Shown one piece after another: positions 7,998-18,065 of a stretch of 32,000 nucleotides of DNA. The notes beneath the pieces were generated by a model. It had not been told where the DNA came from. It saw only the letters and a program-made list of their open reading frames with translations, and made no database searches. The DNA is taken from assembly GCF_000223395.1 (NCBI RefSeq), contig NC_015931.1, forward strand, positions 1,650,001 to 1,682,000, read 5' to 3'. This DNA comes from Pyrolobus fumarii 1A (GTDB lineage Archaea; Thermoproteota; Thermoprotei_A; Sulfolobales; Pyrodictiaceae). Position 1 is the stretch's first letter, and the number at the start of each line of letters is the position of its first letter. The position numbers were made by a program, and so were the translations under genes.

Positions 7998-9484
7998 TGA
8001 GGTGCACCCCTCTACTCGAGACCCGCGGTTTGTCGAAGACCTATCCTGGAGGCGTACGAGCCCTACAAAACGTAGATTTTACACTTTGCGAGGGGGAGGT
8101 TCACGCGCTTCTCGGGGAAAACGGTGCAGGTAAGTCAACGCTAGCGCAGACTCTCTATGGTCTGATCTACCCGGACGAAGGCGTCATAAAACTAAGAGGA
8201 AGACCGGTATCAATACTTTCGCCGCGAGACGCTCTCCGTAGTGGCATATTGTATATCCCACAGTATCCTGAATTCCCGCATGGTGTTTCACTTAGAGAGG
8301 TTGTAAAGCTGTATGCTGATGCTCGTGGGCGCGCAGTTACGACGAGCGATGTTGAGGAGGTAGCGGGGTCATTCGGCTGGCGACTAGACTTTAACGCTGA
8401 TGCCGGTAGCCTACCACTTGTAGATAGACAACGTTTCATGCTTGCACTTGGCATAGCGCTTGGCGTTGAGGTTCTGATACTCGATGAGCCGACTTCCTTC
8501 CTCTCTGGTGTTGAAGTTGAGAAGCTGCTAGAATCAATAAAGAAGTTGAAGAGCCTCGGGGTAAGCATGGTGTACGTTACTCACAGGATACGTGAGGTAT
8601 ACGAGGTTGCTGATAGGGTTACAGTGCTCAGACGTGGTCGTGTAGTTACAACGATTGACGAGCCTCGAAGCGTGCCCGAAGATGTGCTGGTATCCTATGT
8701 TGTTGGAGAGAAGGTAGAGTTTCGTGTTGAGCGTAAGCGAGGCGCAAGTGGTAGTCAGGCACTGGAGGTTAGCGATCTTGTGGTGCGTGACGAGTATGGT
8801 GTGTTGAAGGTCAAGGGCGTTGATCTTAGTGTAGCGCGTGGCGAGATTGTTGCGATTGTTGGTATTGAGGGTATGGGTCAACGGGAGCTTCTAGAGGCTA
8901 TAGTTGGTCTAAGGAGGCGCGAGAGAGGCATCGTTAAGGTTGATGGTGTTGTTGTCGAGAATGTGGCTGGCTTTAGGAAGGCAGGTGGAAGGTATGTACC
9001 AGGAGATCGTCTCGAAGCTTTGGCTCCTGACATGAATATTGTTGAGAATGTGACTGTGCCTATACATGCAGCGAGTACTGTGGTGCGATGGGGCATCATT
9101 GATACTAAACGTGCAGTCAATATGGCCTTGGGTATCGTGAAGCGCTTTGGTGTTGTGGCGCGTAGCGTATGGGACAAGGTTGGGTCTCTGAGTGGTGGTA
9201 ATCAACAGAAGTTGTTGCTTGGGAGAGAGATGGGTATAGGCGATCCGGTTATAGTCGTAATGCATAACCCTACGGCTGGTCTAGATGTAGCTTCGAGTGC
9301 GGCACTCCTCGATAAGATAGCTAAGCTTGCTGACCGTGGCGTTGGGGTGTTATTCGCAACACCTGTGGTTGATGAGGCTCTCGCAGTTGCTGATAGAATT
9401 CTTGTCTTCCGGGATGGGCGTGTTGCCGGGGAGTATAGCGCGGAGGCGTCGCGGCTTGAGATCGTCAGGGCTATTCTCGCTTAA
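7997..9484 (+). CDS. ABC transporter ATP-binding protein with two fused ABC domains
   Basis: It has Walker A (GENGAGKST), an LSGG-type signature in the second domain (LSGGNQQK) and Walker B (ILDEPT). The TAATG overlap with the binding-protein gene suggests coupling. Confidence 0.9.
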   Translation: MRCTPLLETRGLSKTYPGGVRALQNVDFTLCEGEVHALLGENGAGKSTLAQTLYGLIYPDEGVIKLRGRPVSILSPRDALRSGILYIPQYPEFPHGVSLREVVKLYADARGRAVTTSDVEEVAGSFGWRLDFNADAGSLPLVDRQRFMLALGIALGVEVLILDEPTSFLSGVEVEKLLESIKKLKSLGVSMVYVTHRIREVYEVADRVTVLRRGRVVTTIDEPRSVPEDVLVSYVVGEKVEFRVERKRGASGSQALEVSDLVVRDEYGVLKVKGVDLSVARGEIVAIVGIEGMGQRELLEAIVGLRRRERGIVKVDGVVVENVAGFRKAGGRYVPGDRLEALAPDMNIVENVTVPIHAASTVVRWGIIDTKRAVNMALGIVKRFGVVARSVWDKVGSLSGGNQQKLLLGREMGIGDPVIVVMHNPTAGLDVASSAALLDKIAKLADRGVGVLFATPVVDEALAVADRILVFRDGRVAGEYSAEASRLEIVRAILA

Positions 9485-9485
9485 G

Positions 9486-10547
9486 TTGCCAGTAGTGGTA
9501 CGTTTCCGCGTTGAACCCCTGGGGAGTGTTTCTTTCAAGCGAAAGGCTACTGTGCTTTTAGCGTTGATTATCGTGTCATTTGTGTTACTCTTGCTGCCCT
9601 TTATCTACGCGGGTGTTGACCCGTTCCCGGTTATTGGGAGGTATCTCAGCCTCTGGGTTAGCGATACAGGATGGGCTTCCAGATCTTCATTTGAAATAGC
9701 GCGTTATACAACGGCGATGTTGTTGACTGGCTTAGCGGGCGTTATTGCGTTTCGCAGCAAGGTCTGGAATATTGGTCTTGAAGGTTATATGATACTTGGT
9801 GCTATTGGTACGGCTGCTGCTGCCTATGCGGGCTTACACTGGGCGTTACAAGTGGTAGCTTCAATGTTGTTTGGCGTGTTATGGGCCTTGCCCGTGGCGC
9901 TACTATTGGTCACGGGTGTTAGCGAGATAGTATCGTCCATGATGATGTACTATGTGTCGCTCTACATGCTGCAGTATGTTGTCTACAAGGTGTGGCCTAG
10001 CAGGTATGGTTTGTTCCCTAAGACGCCGGAGTGGGGTGTATCGCAGCCGATTGTAGCGGGGTTCCCGCTAATGCTAGTGGTTGGCATACTCCTGTGCTTC
10101 GTGGTTAACTACCTCTATCATCGTACGATGTTTGGTGTTGTTGCGAGGCTTGTAGGGTCTAACGAGAAGGCTGCAAGAACAGCTGGTTATAGTCCGCGTC
10201 TAGTGCGTGTAGTGGTACTTCTCTTGTCAAGCGGTCTTGCCGGTTTGGCAGGATTTCATGTTGCCTCTCTTAGAGGCTATCTTAGCATGGGGTATGCGAG
10301 CTTAGGCTACGGCTTTGCTGGTATAACAGTCGCGTTCATAGCTGGCCTAAATCCTCTTGCAGTGCCTATATCCGCCTTGTTCGTGGCGCTGTTGTACCAC
10401 TTTGGTAGTTTTGCGAGTGATGTTATCCCTGGCGGTTACGCAGCATACTTCTACTATGTGCAAGGTGTGCTTCTCCTGGTTGTATTGGCGGCCAGGACTA
10501 TACCCTCTTACCGTATAATCGTGCGGGTGGAGAAACGCCATGGTTGA
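9486..10547 (+). CDS. ABC transporter permease (first of two)
   Basis: This is a multi-span hydrophobic protein. The 5' part of the track ORF overlaps the ATPase gene, so I trimmed it to the TTG at 9486 (or the GTG at 9495), just after the ATPase stop at 9482-9484. Confidence 0.8.
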   Translation: MPVVVRFRVEPLGSVSFKRKATVLLALIIVSFVLLLLPFIYAGVDPFPVIGRYLSLWVSDTGWASRSSFEIARYTTAMLLTGLAGVIAFRSKVWNIGLEGYMILGAIGTAAAAYAGLHWALQVVASMLFGVLWALPVALLLVTGVSEIVSSMMMYYVSLYMLQYVVYKVWPSRYGLFPKTPEWGVSQPIVAGFPLMLVVGILLCFVVNYLYHRTMFGVVARLVGSNEKAARTAGYSPRLVRVVVLLLSSGLAGLAGFHVASLRGYLSMGYASLGYGFAGITVAFIAGLNPLAVPISALFVALLYHFGSFASDVIPGGYAAYFYYVQGVLLLVVLAARTIPSYRIIVRVEKRHG

Positions 10548-11403
10548 CCTCGTGTTGCTCGCGGGTACGGTTTTGCGTAGCGCTGCGGCGGTAGTGCTTG
10601 CTGTGCTTGCAGAGGCTGTGTCAGAGAGAGCTGGCGTTGTAAACCTTGGTCTAGAGGGTATAATGCTCATAGGCGGTCTTGTTGGGGTTGTGGTGTCGTT
10701 GATGACTGGTAGTGTTGAGGCTGGGGTACTGGCTGGCATGTTAGCTGGTATTGCGTATGCGGCTCTCTATGCGGTGCTCGTTAACGGTTTTAAACTGAAC
10801 CAGATTGTTGCTGGCGTTGCTGTATACATGGCTGGTGTGTCTATCTCGACGATGTTTGGCGAGCCTTACTCGGGTCTCCCACTCCCACAACCATTGCGCG
10901 TAGGTGGTTTCGAGGTTGTCGTGCTTGTAGCCTACACTATGCCAGTCCTGGTGTGGCTCTTGTTGAGAGCTACGGGTTTTGACGCTAGGCTTCGCGCGGT
11001 TGGCGATAATCCATTTGCGGCTGACATGATGGGTGTCGATGTTGCCCGCGTTAGGACCGCGGCGGTACTCGTCAACGGCATGTTAGCCGGGTATGCCGGC
11101 GCTCTCTTCGTAATGATAGTCGCGGGTAGATGGAGACCCATGGCAACGGCTGGTATAGGGTGGTTGTCAATAGCATTGACGCCAATGACACTATGGGAGC
11201 CTCTGCTTGCTTACGTACCCGCGCTCGTCTATGGATTCTCGCTGGTAGCAAAATCACTATGGCTACAATGGTTGCCCGACGAAGCTCGCGAAGCTACGCC
11301 TTACATTGCAGTGTTGATCGCTGCGGCTATAACGGTGAAGCTAGTCAAGGGTTATGTGCCACGTAGTCTCGGTAGAGTCTACGTGCATGGTGTAAAGGGA
11401 TGA
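10540..11403 (+). CDS. ABC transporter permease (second of two)
   Basis: This is a multi-span hydrophobic protein. It overlaps the previous permease by 8 nt and belongs to the same operon. Confidence 0.8.
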   Translation: MVDLVLLAGTVLRSAAAVVLAVLAEAVSERAGVVNLGLEGIMLIGGLVGVVVSLMTGSVEAGVLAGMLAGIAYAALYAVLVNGFKLNQIVAGVAVYMAGVSISTMFGEPYSGLPLPQPLRVGGFEVVVLVAYTMPVLVWLLLRATGFDARLRAVGDNPFAADMMGVDVARVRTAAVLVNGMLAGYAGALFVMIVAGRWRPMATAGIGWLSIALTPMTLWEPLLAYVPALVYGFSLVAKSLWLQWLPDEAREATPYIAVLIAAAITVKLVKGYVPRSLGRVYVHGVKG

Positions 11404-12104
11404 AATGTAGTGCTATCGTGATGGGCGTTGATGAGGCTGGCAGAGGGCCAATAATTGGCCCGATGGTTATTGCCGGTGTTGCCATGTGCACGGAGGATGT
11501 TGGTAACATACGTCTTGCTGGCGTTGACGATAGCAAATTGCTCTCAAGAGCCGAAAGAGAACGTCTCCTGTCGCTAATCGAGCGTAGCGCAGTTTACGTT
11601 GGTAGAGTCTATGTGCACCCCCGCCTGATCGACGAAGTCAATCTTAACGTGATAGAGCGTAACACTATAGCTTTCCTAGTTGGGCGCGCAATGGACATCT
11701 TAGGGGAGAGCCTCAAGAAGGTCTACGTAGATGCTGTGGGTGATCCCAGGCAGATTATCGCAGCGATAAGAAGAGCTGGTTTTATGGGAGAAGTGATAGC
11801 GGAGCCCAAGGCTGATGCTAGATACACGATAGTAGGCGCTGCTAGTATAATTGCCAAGGTGTATCGTGATGCTGTTATTGAGGAGTTGAGGAGAGAGTAT
11901 GGCGTTAGGGGGTCAGGGTATCCCACCGATCCGGAGACTTTAGCGTGGATAAGAGAGGCTTACGAGGAGAACCCGGAGGAACCACCATGGTTTGTGAGGA
12001 GGAGCTGGGGGACGTTGAAGAGGATAGCTCCTCGATGGTACCGAAGTAAACGTGGGGCAAGTAGTGGTCAGAAAACGCTCCTAGACTATATGCGTGGCTC
12101 TTGA
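11400..12104 (+). CDS. rnhB: ribonuclease HII
   Basis: It carries the GVDEAGRGPIIGPMV catalytic motif and DSK, and a C-terminal PIP-like box (QKTLLDYM). The ATGA overlap joins its start to the permease stop. Confidence 0.92.
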   Translation: MKCSAIVMGVDEAGRGPIIGPMVIAGVAMCTEDVGNIRLAGVDDSKLLSRAERERLLSLIERSAVYVGRVYVHPRLIDEVNLNVIERNTIAFLVGRAMDILGESLKKVYVDAVGDPRQIIAAIRRAGFMGEVIAEPKADARYTIVGAASIIAKVYRDAVIEELRREYGVRGSGYPTDPETLAWIREAYEENPEEPPWFVRRSWGTLKRIAPRWYRSKRGASSGQKTLLDYMRGS

Positions 12105-12787
12105 GCCTCTTGTTGTTCTTTGCGTCTCCTCCTCTCAGCTTTGGCAATACGCTCTGTTAGCCTAGCCATTCTACGGATAGCAGCTTTCCACTCATCCCCC
12201 CCGACGCTCCTATAGAACATGAGAACGCCATTGTCAGTCACCTTGTAACCTGTCTTGAGATACTTCTTGCCATTCCTCTCGGCGAATACGGTACAGTACT
12301 CGATGAGGCAGATTATCGGCTTAGCCTCCTTGCCGTACTGTGCTTCCAGCATACACCTTCTCTGCTGAGCATTGTAGAATATACAGCGTCCGCCGGGCCC
12401 AGTACCAATGTAATATATGGTCACGACGCCTCCCGGAGTCAATATACGCTCCTTGGGCTGCGCCTCTAGCTTCAACTGGAGCTCGGGAGGAAGTTTCGTA
12501 ACCTCAATGTCAAGCATGAATGCACCGCTCTTAGCTACGCAGCATCTGCCGCAACCAGGTGGACATACCATCTGATACGATTCCCTGAGCAGAGATTCAT
12601 TCATCTCCTCAAACACTAGACGATTAACGTGCGTGCCTGGCGTCGGCTTAAATGCGATGAGTAGTCGCTTTAATCTAGGCGAGTAGTATGTGCCTATGAA
12701 CCACTTCTTTAGCCTTGCAGCCTCTCTAAGCGCGTAGATGTTCCAATCCTTCTTCCTTGGCTCCCTAAGCACGTAAACCTTACCCAC
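12086..12787 (-). CDS. putative zinc/iron-chelating protein, YkgJ (CxxCxxCC-like) family
   Basis: The Cys cluster CPPGCGRCC and the later GGRCIFY...RRC...PIICLIEYC resemble the YkgJ/UPF0153 pattern. The C-terminal tail is basic. The start is GTG. Confidence 0.5.
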   Translation of the reverse strand: MGKVYVLREPRKKDWNIYALREAARLKKWFIGTYYSPRLKRLLIAFKPTPGTHVNRLVFEEMNESLLRESYQMVCPPGCGRCCVAKSGAFMLDIEVTKLPPELQLKLEAQPKERILTPGGVVTIYYIGTGPGGRCIFYNAQQRRCMLEAQYGKEAKPIICLIEYCTVFAERNGKKYLKTGYKVTDNGVLMFYRSVGGDEWKAAIRRMARLTERIAKAERRRRKEQQEAQEPRI

Positions 12788-12885
12788 TATCCACGCCCTA
12801 GCAGCACAATGCAGACAAGTACACGGCTATAACCCACGCTCTGCGTCTCAATCACTTTCGCTACTGTCTCCGAGATTGGCATTTC

Positions 12886-15330
12886 ATGAATGGTTTGTCC
12901 GGAGAGTATGAGATGCAACGAATACCAATACCCAGGCTTCTATGGAAACTACCGTTGCCCGAAGGGACAAGCTTAGAGAGCGTGGTTGCACACTCTTTCT
13001 CAATGTACGAGCTCGTGTTCGGCAGAAGTGGTGAGTTTGTCGCAGCGTACGGTGTTGATATGCTTCAGGGTGTACTGTGGAGTGATGAGAGGGAAGGAGG
13101 ACTCTATATCACTCGTGGCTTGCGCGTCGAGAATGGGAAAATTGTTGACACGGCTGGCTCGGTCTTACTTAAGCTCCGCTTGGAGCCGAAACACAGGATA
13201 CTTGGGCGTCGCGTCGTGCTCTTGGTCGATGATAAGAAGGTGAAGGTGGTTGATAGGGCAAGTCTATCTGTTCACCTCGAGGGTGATGCTAGATATTCCG
13301 GCTTTGAGAATGATGCTTACACGTTAGCAGCTGTTGTGAAGACCTCTAGGCGTGGGTTTACAGTAGTCGTTGATACAATATATGGCTTCGAGATAGTAAA
13401 GATGAGCCGTCAGCCGCGCAACGTAAGAGCATCAAGGGGTTGCGCAACTATATGCGATAATATCGGGTGTATAGTTAGCAACGGCGTCAATACTGTAAGG
13501 CTAGTAGCTGTTAACGTTAAACCCTTGGCCGCGTCGCACTCAACCTGTATAGTCACTTTAAGGTCTGACAGCAAGTGGATAGTAGCAATGGTGAAGCATA
13601 ACAACATTGACGTGTTGGACTCTTGTGACGAGGAGCCTCGCGTTATCTATTCTGACACTGACATGGTGATATACATGTGTGACAATAGCACTAGGACGTT
13701 GCTCTTCGCCTCAAACTCTGCAGTGATAACACCTAGCGCAAGCAATGCAATACTAACGCCTAGTTTCACTCTAAGTGTCAAAAGAGAACACGGCGTTGAG
13801 ATTCTTGAGGGCAACGTGGGAGACACAAGAATAAAGATACCCGTAGACACGTTCTATGCTGTTAATCGCGACAAGCTACTAGTAGTTAGCAGCGGCTGGG
13901 CCTATAGCATAGACTTAAGCGAATATGAGGACATAATGTTGAACCTTGGCGAGGGTAAACGCTGCCCGATAGAGGCGAAAATAGGTGTGCAAAGCTACAC
14001 ACTGCTAGACCTAAGCATAAATCACAATGTAGAGCCGGTGGAACTCGACATTACAACAATGGGAGCGTATGCCTGTCTCAAACCGTTAAAGCTAGACGAT
14101 GAGTATGTAGTCGAGCTAGAGGCACGTCTCGCGCCACCGTTACTAGTATCGAGAGCCTTATCATTAGAGACACCAAAACCACGTCTAAAGATCAAGGCAG
14201 TAAGAGCGGCACATACAGCCACCGGATTGCTACGATTAAAACATGGTAACAATGTTGTCGAACTGGAACCCGGTACAGCAGCGCTAATAGTCACGATAGA
14301 TGAGAAATGGCTCGACATAGTGAGGGGAGCGACAATAAGAGTTTATGATGACGACAGACTAGTGGCGTCTGAAATTATAACAGATAATCCGGTCATAGTG
14401 CCGTGCGGATCATGCGTAAACCCACGTGTAGAGCTAGAAATGGACTCTACAAGGATATACTATGGCATAGACAACGTGGAGGATATTAGAGAAAGCATCT
14501 TGGGTTCATTGAGGCTCGTAGAGCCGCCAGTGCCAACTGGGTTAAACTCAATGAGTCTCAAAATAGAGGTAGAAACTCGCGATGATATAGACTATATCGA
14601 GGTTGATGGGAAACCAGCCAGGATAGTAGACCGTGACAAGAACGGACTACAAGTAGAATGTAGACTAGATGACGTCTACGGAGAGAATGCAGAATTATGT
14701 GCATGTAAACGCTTCTCACACAAGACACTATTATTATGTGACTGCAAGGAGCTGTCAAAACTAGTACATGAAGCGTTGAAACACTACGCAGATGTCCATA
14801 AGTTAGAGGCGCCAGAATATCTTCTGATAGACAGGAACAAGCCAATACTGAGACTAGACTATATAGCAAGACGCGGCGGCATAGCATACCTAGTAGTGTC
14901 TACAGAAGACGAACGAACAATCACTTCAACAACTGTGTACCTGTCTAGCGGCAAGGGGAGTATAGCGGCGAAGCTTCCTACCGACTTTCCATGGCATAGT
15001 GTTGAGAAGCTAGTAGTACAGCTGAGCGACGCTAGAGGTGTTCACACATTGGAAAGGCTTACAATCTTCTACAGGAGGCCTATTGCTTACGCATATCGTG
15101 TTGGCACACAATGCATAGTATGCTCCGAGTCGATACTAGTATACAAAGGTGATGAAGGTGTCGAGGTTACTGATGGGTGTATAAGGGTGCCATGCGATGA
15201 CGTGGAGAGTATCATAGCCGTTGATAACTGTGGTACGCCATGGAGACCAAGCATTGAGAAACATGATATAACACAAGATGTTATAAATGCAGTACGCACA
15301 GCCGCGATACTATACATGTTGTCTCGCTAG
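12886..15330 (+). CDS. large orphan protein (814 aa), predicted beta-rich, with C-terminal Cys clusters
   Basis: It is an uninterrupted 2.4-kb ORF with an ATG start. Only short antisense ORFs compete with it. I recognise no family. Cys motifs: CGSC, CACK-x10-CDC, and CIVC-x18-C-x4-C. Confidence 0.7.
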   Translation: MNGLSGEYEMQRIPIPRLLWKLPLPEGTSLESVVAHSFSMYELVFGRSGEFVAAYGVDMLQGVLWSDEREGGLYITRGLRVENGKIVDTAGSVLLKLRLEPKHRILGRRVVLLVDDKKVKVVDRASLSVHLEGDARYSGFENDAYTLAAVVKTSRRGFTVVVDTIYGFEIVKMSRQPRNVRASRGCATICDNIGCIVSNGVNTVRLVAVNVKPLAASHSTCIVTLRSDSKWIVAMVKHNNIDVLDSCDEEPRVIYSDTDMVIYMCDNSTRTLLFASNSAVITPSASNAILTPSFTLSVKREHGVEILEGNVGDTRIKIPVDTFYAVNRDKLLVVSSGWAYSIDLSEYEDIMLNLGEGKRCPIEAKIGVQSYTLLDLSINHNVEPVELDITTMGAYACLKPLKLDDEYVVELEARLAPPLLVSRALSLETPKPRLKIKAVRAAHTATGLLRLKHGNNVVELEPGTAALIVTIDEKWLDIVRGATIRVYDDDRLVASEIITDNPVIVPCGSCVNPRVELEMDSTRIYYGIDNVEDIRESILGSLRLVEPPVPTGLNSMSLKIEVETRDDIDYIEVDGKPARIVDRDKNGLQVECRLDDVYGENAELCACKRFSHKTLLLCDCKELSKLVHEALKHYADVHKLEAPEYLLIDRNKPILRLDYIARRGGIAYLVVSTEDERTITSTTVYLSSGKGSIAAKLPTDFPWHSVEKLVVQLSDARGVHTLERLTIFYRRPIAYAYRVGTQCIVCSESILVYKGDEGVEVTDGCIRVPCDDVESIIAVDNCGTPWRPSIEKHDITQDVINAVRTAAILYMLSR

Positions 15331-16520
15331 ACCTCAAACACTTGTTCGACACGCTCACACCTTACGAGTTCATCGAGCTGTTTCAGTACGTACTCCCGGA
15401 TACTCTTTACATCTGGCAAGTCGACCACTATACGTCCTTCTTCCATGACCTTCACGAGCATAGGCTTGCCGCATTCCGGCGGCTTTGATGTCCAGGGCTT
15501 TACTATGCGACGGCATCCGCACACATAGAGCTGTTTCGCACCCGGCAACTTACCCCTCTTGGTAATAGGTTCAAACCCAGAACCATAGTCGACCTCCACA
15601 AGATCCATGCTAATATCTATGCTTGGTGGAAACGCTATACTAGTTCCAACTCCAAAAGCATCAACTATGTCTCTAAGTTCTTTAATCCGCTCCTCGTCGA
15701 GACCCCCGCTCACGATTATCTTAACATGCTTGTAGCCATGAAGGTCTAGTGTCCATCTAACCTCCTCCACTATACGTCTCATATTGCCGCGACGAGAGCT
15801 AGGAGTGTCTAGCCTAACACCCCATAGTTTATCGCCGAGTGTCTGTGCCGCCATTAGCGCCTCTACTCTCTCATCATAAAACGTGTCGACTAGCGTCACA
15901 CGAGGTACTGATGGATCAACATGCTTATCGAATGCCTTCCAAGCTTCACGTTGATCGCCAAACAGTAGAATGAGCGCGTGTGGCATAGTACCGACCGGTT
16001 TGATACCGAGATACTTGGCGGCAGCAGCACCAGCAACGCCATCAACGCCGCCAATGTAGGCAGCCCTGTCAACAGCTGGTGCTATCGCCGGATGTACTGC
16101 ACGAAGGCCAAAGAAGAATACTGGTTTATCACCAGCTGCTAGCTTTATCCTTGCAGCCTTAGTGGCTATGCTGGTTGCATGTCTAAGCACACCCAGTATG
16201 GCGGTCTCGAGATCAGCAAACTCGTAGTAGGGACCCTCTATGATCATGAGTGGCTCGCGAGGATAGAAGATGGTCCCTTCGGGCAACGCGTAAACAGTAA
16301 CCTTCCTACCCTCGAGTATCGCAAGTGCCTCCTCTAGGCCGGCAAAGACCGCCCATTCATAGCCCTGGGGAAGGCTATAAACATGGAACTCTGCTCTAAC
16401 ACTTCGCTCCTTCAACCCGCTCTTCTCAATCACCTCACGTGTACGATGGAAGTAGATGTCAGCTGTTTCACCCCTCTTTATCTCATCGGGACACGCAACA
16501 TACAGCCTGGCCTTCCCCAT
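15327..16520 (-). CDS. nicotinate phosphoribosyltransferase (archaeal NAPRTase family)
   Basis: Length and motifs ([31 protein letters not shown]) fit the type II PRTase / NAPRT family. I chose the ATG at 16520 (MGKARLYV) over the GTG at 16526. Confidence 0.85.
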   Translation of the reverse strand: MGKARLYVACPDEIKRGETADIYFHRTREVIEKSGLKERSVRAEFHVYSLPQGYEWAVFAGLEEALAILEGRKVTVYALPEGTIFYPREPLMIIEGPYYEFADLETAILGVLRHATSIATKAARIKLAAGDKPVFFFGLRAVHPAIAPAVDRAAYIGGVDGVAGAAAAKYLGIKPVGTMPHALILLFGDQREAWKAFDKHVDPSVPRVTLVDTFYDERVEALMAAQTLGDKLWGVRLDTPSSRRGNMRRIVEEVRWTLDLHGYKHVKIIVSGGLDEERIKELRDIVDAFGVGTSIAFPPSIDISMDLVEVDYGSGFEPITKRGKLPGAKQLYVCGCRRIVKPWTSKPPECGKPMLVKVMEEGRIVVDLPDVKSIREYVLKQLDELVRCERVEQVFEV

Positions 16521-16613
16521 ACACACGTCCCCCTCTCAACCGCATTGCAGGGCAGTAACCCAAACTATGCGTATTATCTCCCCGGAGCTACAACGAACGT
16601 AGAAGGTGTGAGC

Positions 16614-17033
16614 ATGAGTGGCGACATGCTCGGGAAGCTACGCTCGGCTATAGAGGAGAGAATATCCCTCCTGGAGAAGCTACACGGGTCGATGGTAGCC
16701 AAGTTGACAAGTGAGAACTTTACCAGGTTTCTCGAGAAGCACAGAGTAACAGTAGTCTTGTTCACGGCGCCATGGTGTCAGCCATGCAAAGCCTTCGAAC
16801 CGTTGTTTGAGATAATAGCTAGGAGACTATTGAATGACGAGAGATACAAAGACGACCTAGGCTTCGGCAAAGTCGATACGGAGTCGGACCCGCAACTAGC
16901 TGATAAGTACAATGTCGACAAGATACCAACAGTGATAATATACTATAAGGGCAACGTGGCTGATGTGATAGTCGGTGCTGTAACCGAAGAGGAGCTAGTG
17001 AGGAGAATACTGAACATCGCTGGGAAGAAATGA
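16614..17033 (+). CDS. thioredoxin
   Basis: It has the WCQPC active site within a thioredoxin-fold context (VVLFTAPWCQPCKAF...PTVIIY). The track ORF is trimmed to the ATG at 16614, because its upstream part overlaps the NAPRT gene. Confidence 0.85.
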   Translation: MSGDMLGKLRSAIEERISLLEKLHGSMVAKLTSENFTRFLEKHRVTVVLFTAPWCQPCKAFEPLFEIIARRLLNDERYKDDLGFGKVDTESDPQLADKYNVDKIPTVIIYYKGNVADVIVGAVTEEELVRRILNIAGKK

Positions 17034-17095
17034 GTGGATCGGCAAAGGGGGAGGCCTCTTCATCCCCCTCGGGTCGCCTCGGGGACAGCGTCTCC

Positions 17096-17968
17096 TCACA
17101 CAATCTTCCAGTCAACAATTAAATCGTACAAGCGCTTAAACCCTATACTCGCAAAGCCGGTACACCAGTCAAGACCTGTCTTTGACACAAACTCTCCAAG
17201 CGAATCGGGAGGATGCCCAGCAAGCAGCGTTGAAAGTAGGGTAAAGATGAGGCATTCTTCGTTATCACTCTTTAGCCATATATAGCCGTCGAGAACGTCA
17301 CATTTGACGACATTTCCAGTGGTGCGGCCATTCTTGCTAGTACCTTTCCCGTGCGACGCAGTACCATGCTCGAGAAAATCTCTAAGCGATTCACCGGTGT
17401 AGACACGCCTGCCCACCACAATACTCTCCAAGTTATACACTTCACCAGCCACAATACTGCAAACTCTACACGCATCTGGCTCAGAGCAAGAAAGTGTTAC
17501 ACTATCACGCTTCTCAACATCAAGCCTGGATCCGAGCAGACGCGCGAGCCTAGAGGCACGGTAACTCGATATCCAGAAGCCATTCAAACCATCAATGTCC
17601 TCTGTCAGCCATTGCGCTGCAGCGGGTGCAACGCCGCCAACATCGCCGTTAACACCAACAACGAGAGGTACGAGTGGTCTCTCGCCCAGCGCGTCCAGCG
17701 CAAAGAATGTCAACGTAGCAGATCTTGCGATAGCTAGAAGAGCGCGAGGCGATACACCCCAGAAGACCAGATATAACAAGCCTCTAGCACGCAACGCACT
17801 ACGTACAAGCCACAAAGGAGGTGAAACCCTGTACAACGTCACACGCGACACACTATCAGCGACGCTCATGAACTCTTTCTCACGAGTCTCCAAAGGTACC
17901 GGATGCAATGCTCTTGATCCTGCAAGTGCAGCTGCCCGCGCAAGGAGCTCCTCCAAGCTCGCACCCAC
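17096..17968 (-). CDS. hypothetical protein (290 aa)
   Basis: This is the longest ORF here, with a GTG start. Competing plus-strand ORFs are low-complexity. No domain is recognised. Confidence 0.55.
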   Translation of the reverse strand: MGASLEELLARAAALAGSRALHPVPLETREKEFMSVADSVSRVTLYRVSPPLWLVRSALRARGLLYLVFWGVSPRALLAIARSATLTFFALDALGERPLVPLVVGVNGDVGGVAPAAAQWLTEDIDGLNGFWISSYRASRLARLLGSRLDVEKRDSVTLSCSEPDACRVCSIVAGEVYNLESIVVGRRVYTGESLRDFLEHGTASHGKGTSKNGRTTGNVVKCDVLDGYIWLKSDNEECLIFTLLSTLLAGHPPDSLGEFVSKTGLDWCTGFASIGFKRLYDLIVDWKIV

Positions 17969-18003
17969 GGTTCTTCATAACCGGTAGTAAATAGAAGACA
18001 ACA

Positions 18004-18064
18004 GGGGCTGTGAGGAGTAAGGCCGAGGCCTGATCGGTGAAGAGAGAGGATGGCTCCGAGCCCC
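18004..18064 (+). ncRNA. candidate box C/D sRNA (element A)
   Basis: Layout:
- Terminal stem GGGGC (18004-18008) pairs with GCCCC (18060-18064).
- Box C is GUGAGGA (18010-18016), followed by a 13-nt spacer.
- D' is CUGA (18030-18033), followed by a 3-nt loop.
- C' is GUGAAGA (18037-18043), followed by a 12-nt spacer.
- Box D is CCGA (18056-18059).
A TATA-like TTCATAACC lies at 17974-17982. Confidence 0.55.
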
Positions 18065-18065
18065 T

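Noticed and set aside
9327-9485. 5' extension of the first permease ORF overlapping the ABC ATPase gene by about 160 nt.
   Set aside because: The extension is read out of frame through the ATPase C-terminus. A TTG or GTG start directly after the ATPase stop gives a normal permease N-terminus.
17034-17095. Inverted repeat GGGGGA-N10-TCCCCC between the convergent thioredoxin and 290-aa genes, as a possible terminator.
   Set aside because: The stem is short and there is no T-tract. Archaeal termination relies mainly on oligo-T, and the element is too weak to call.
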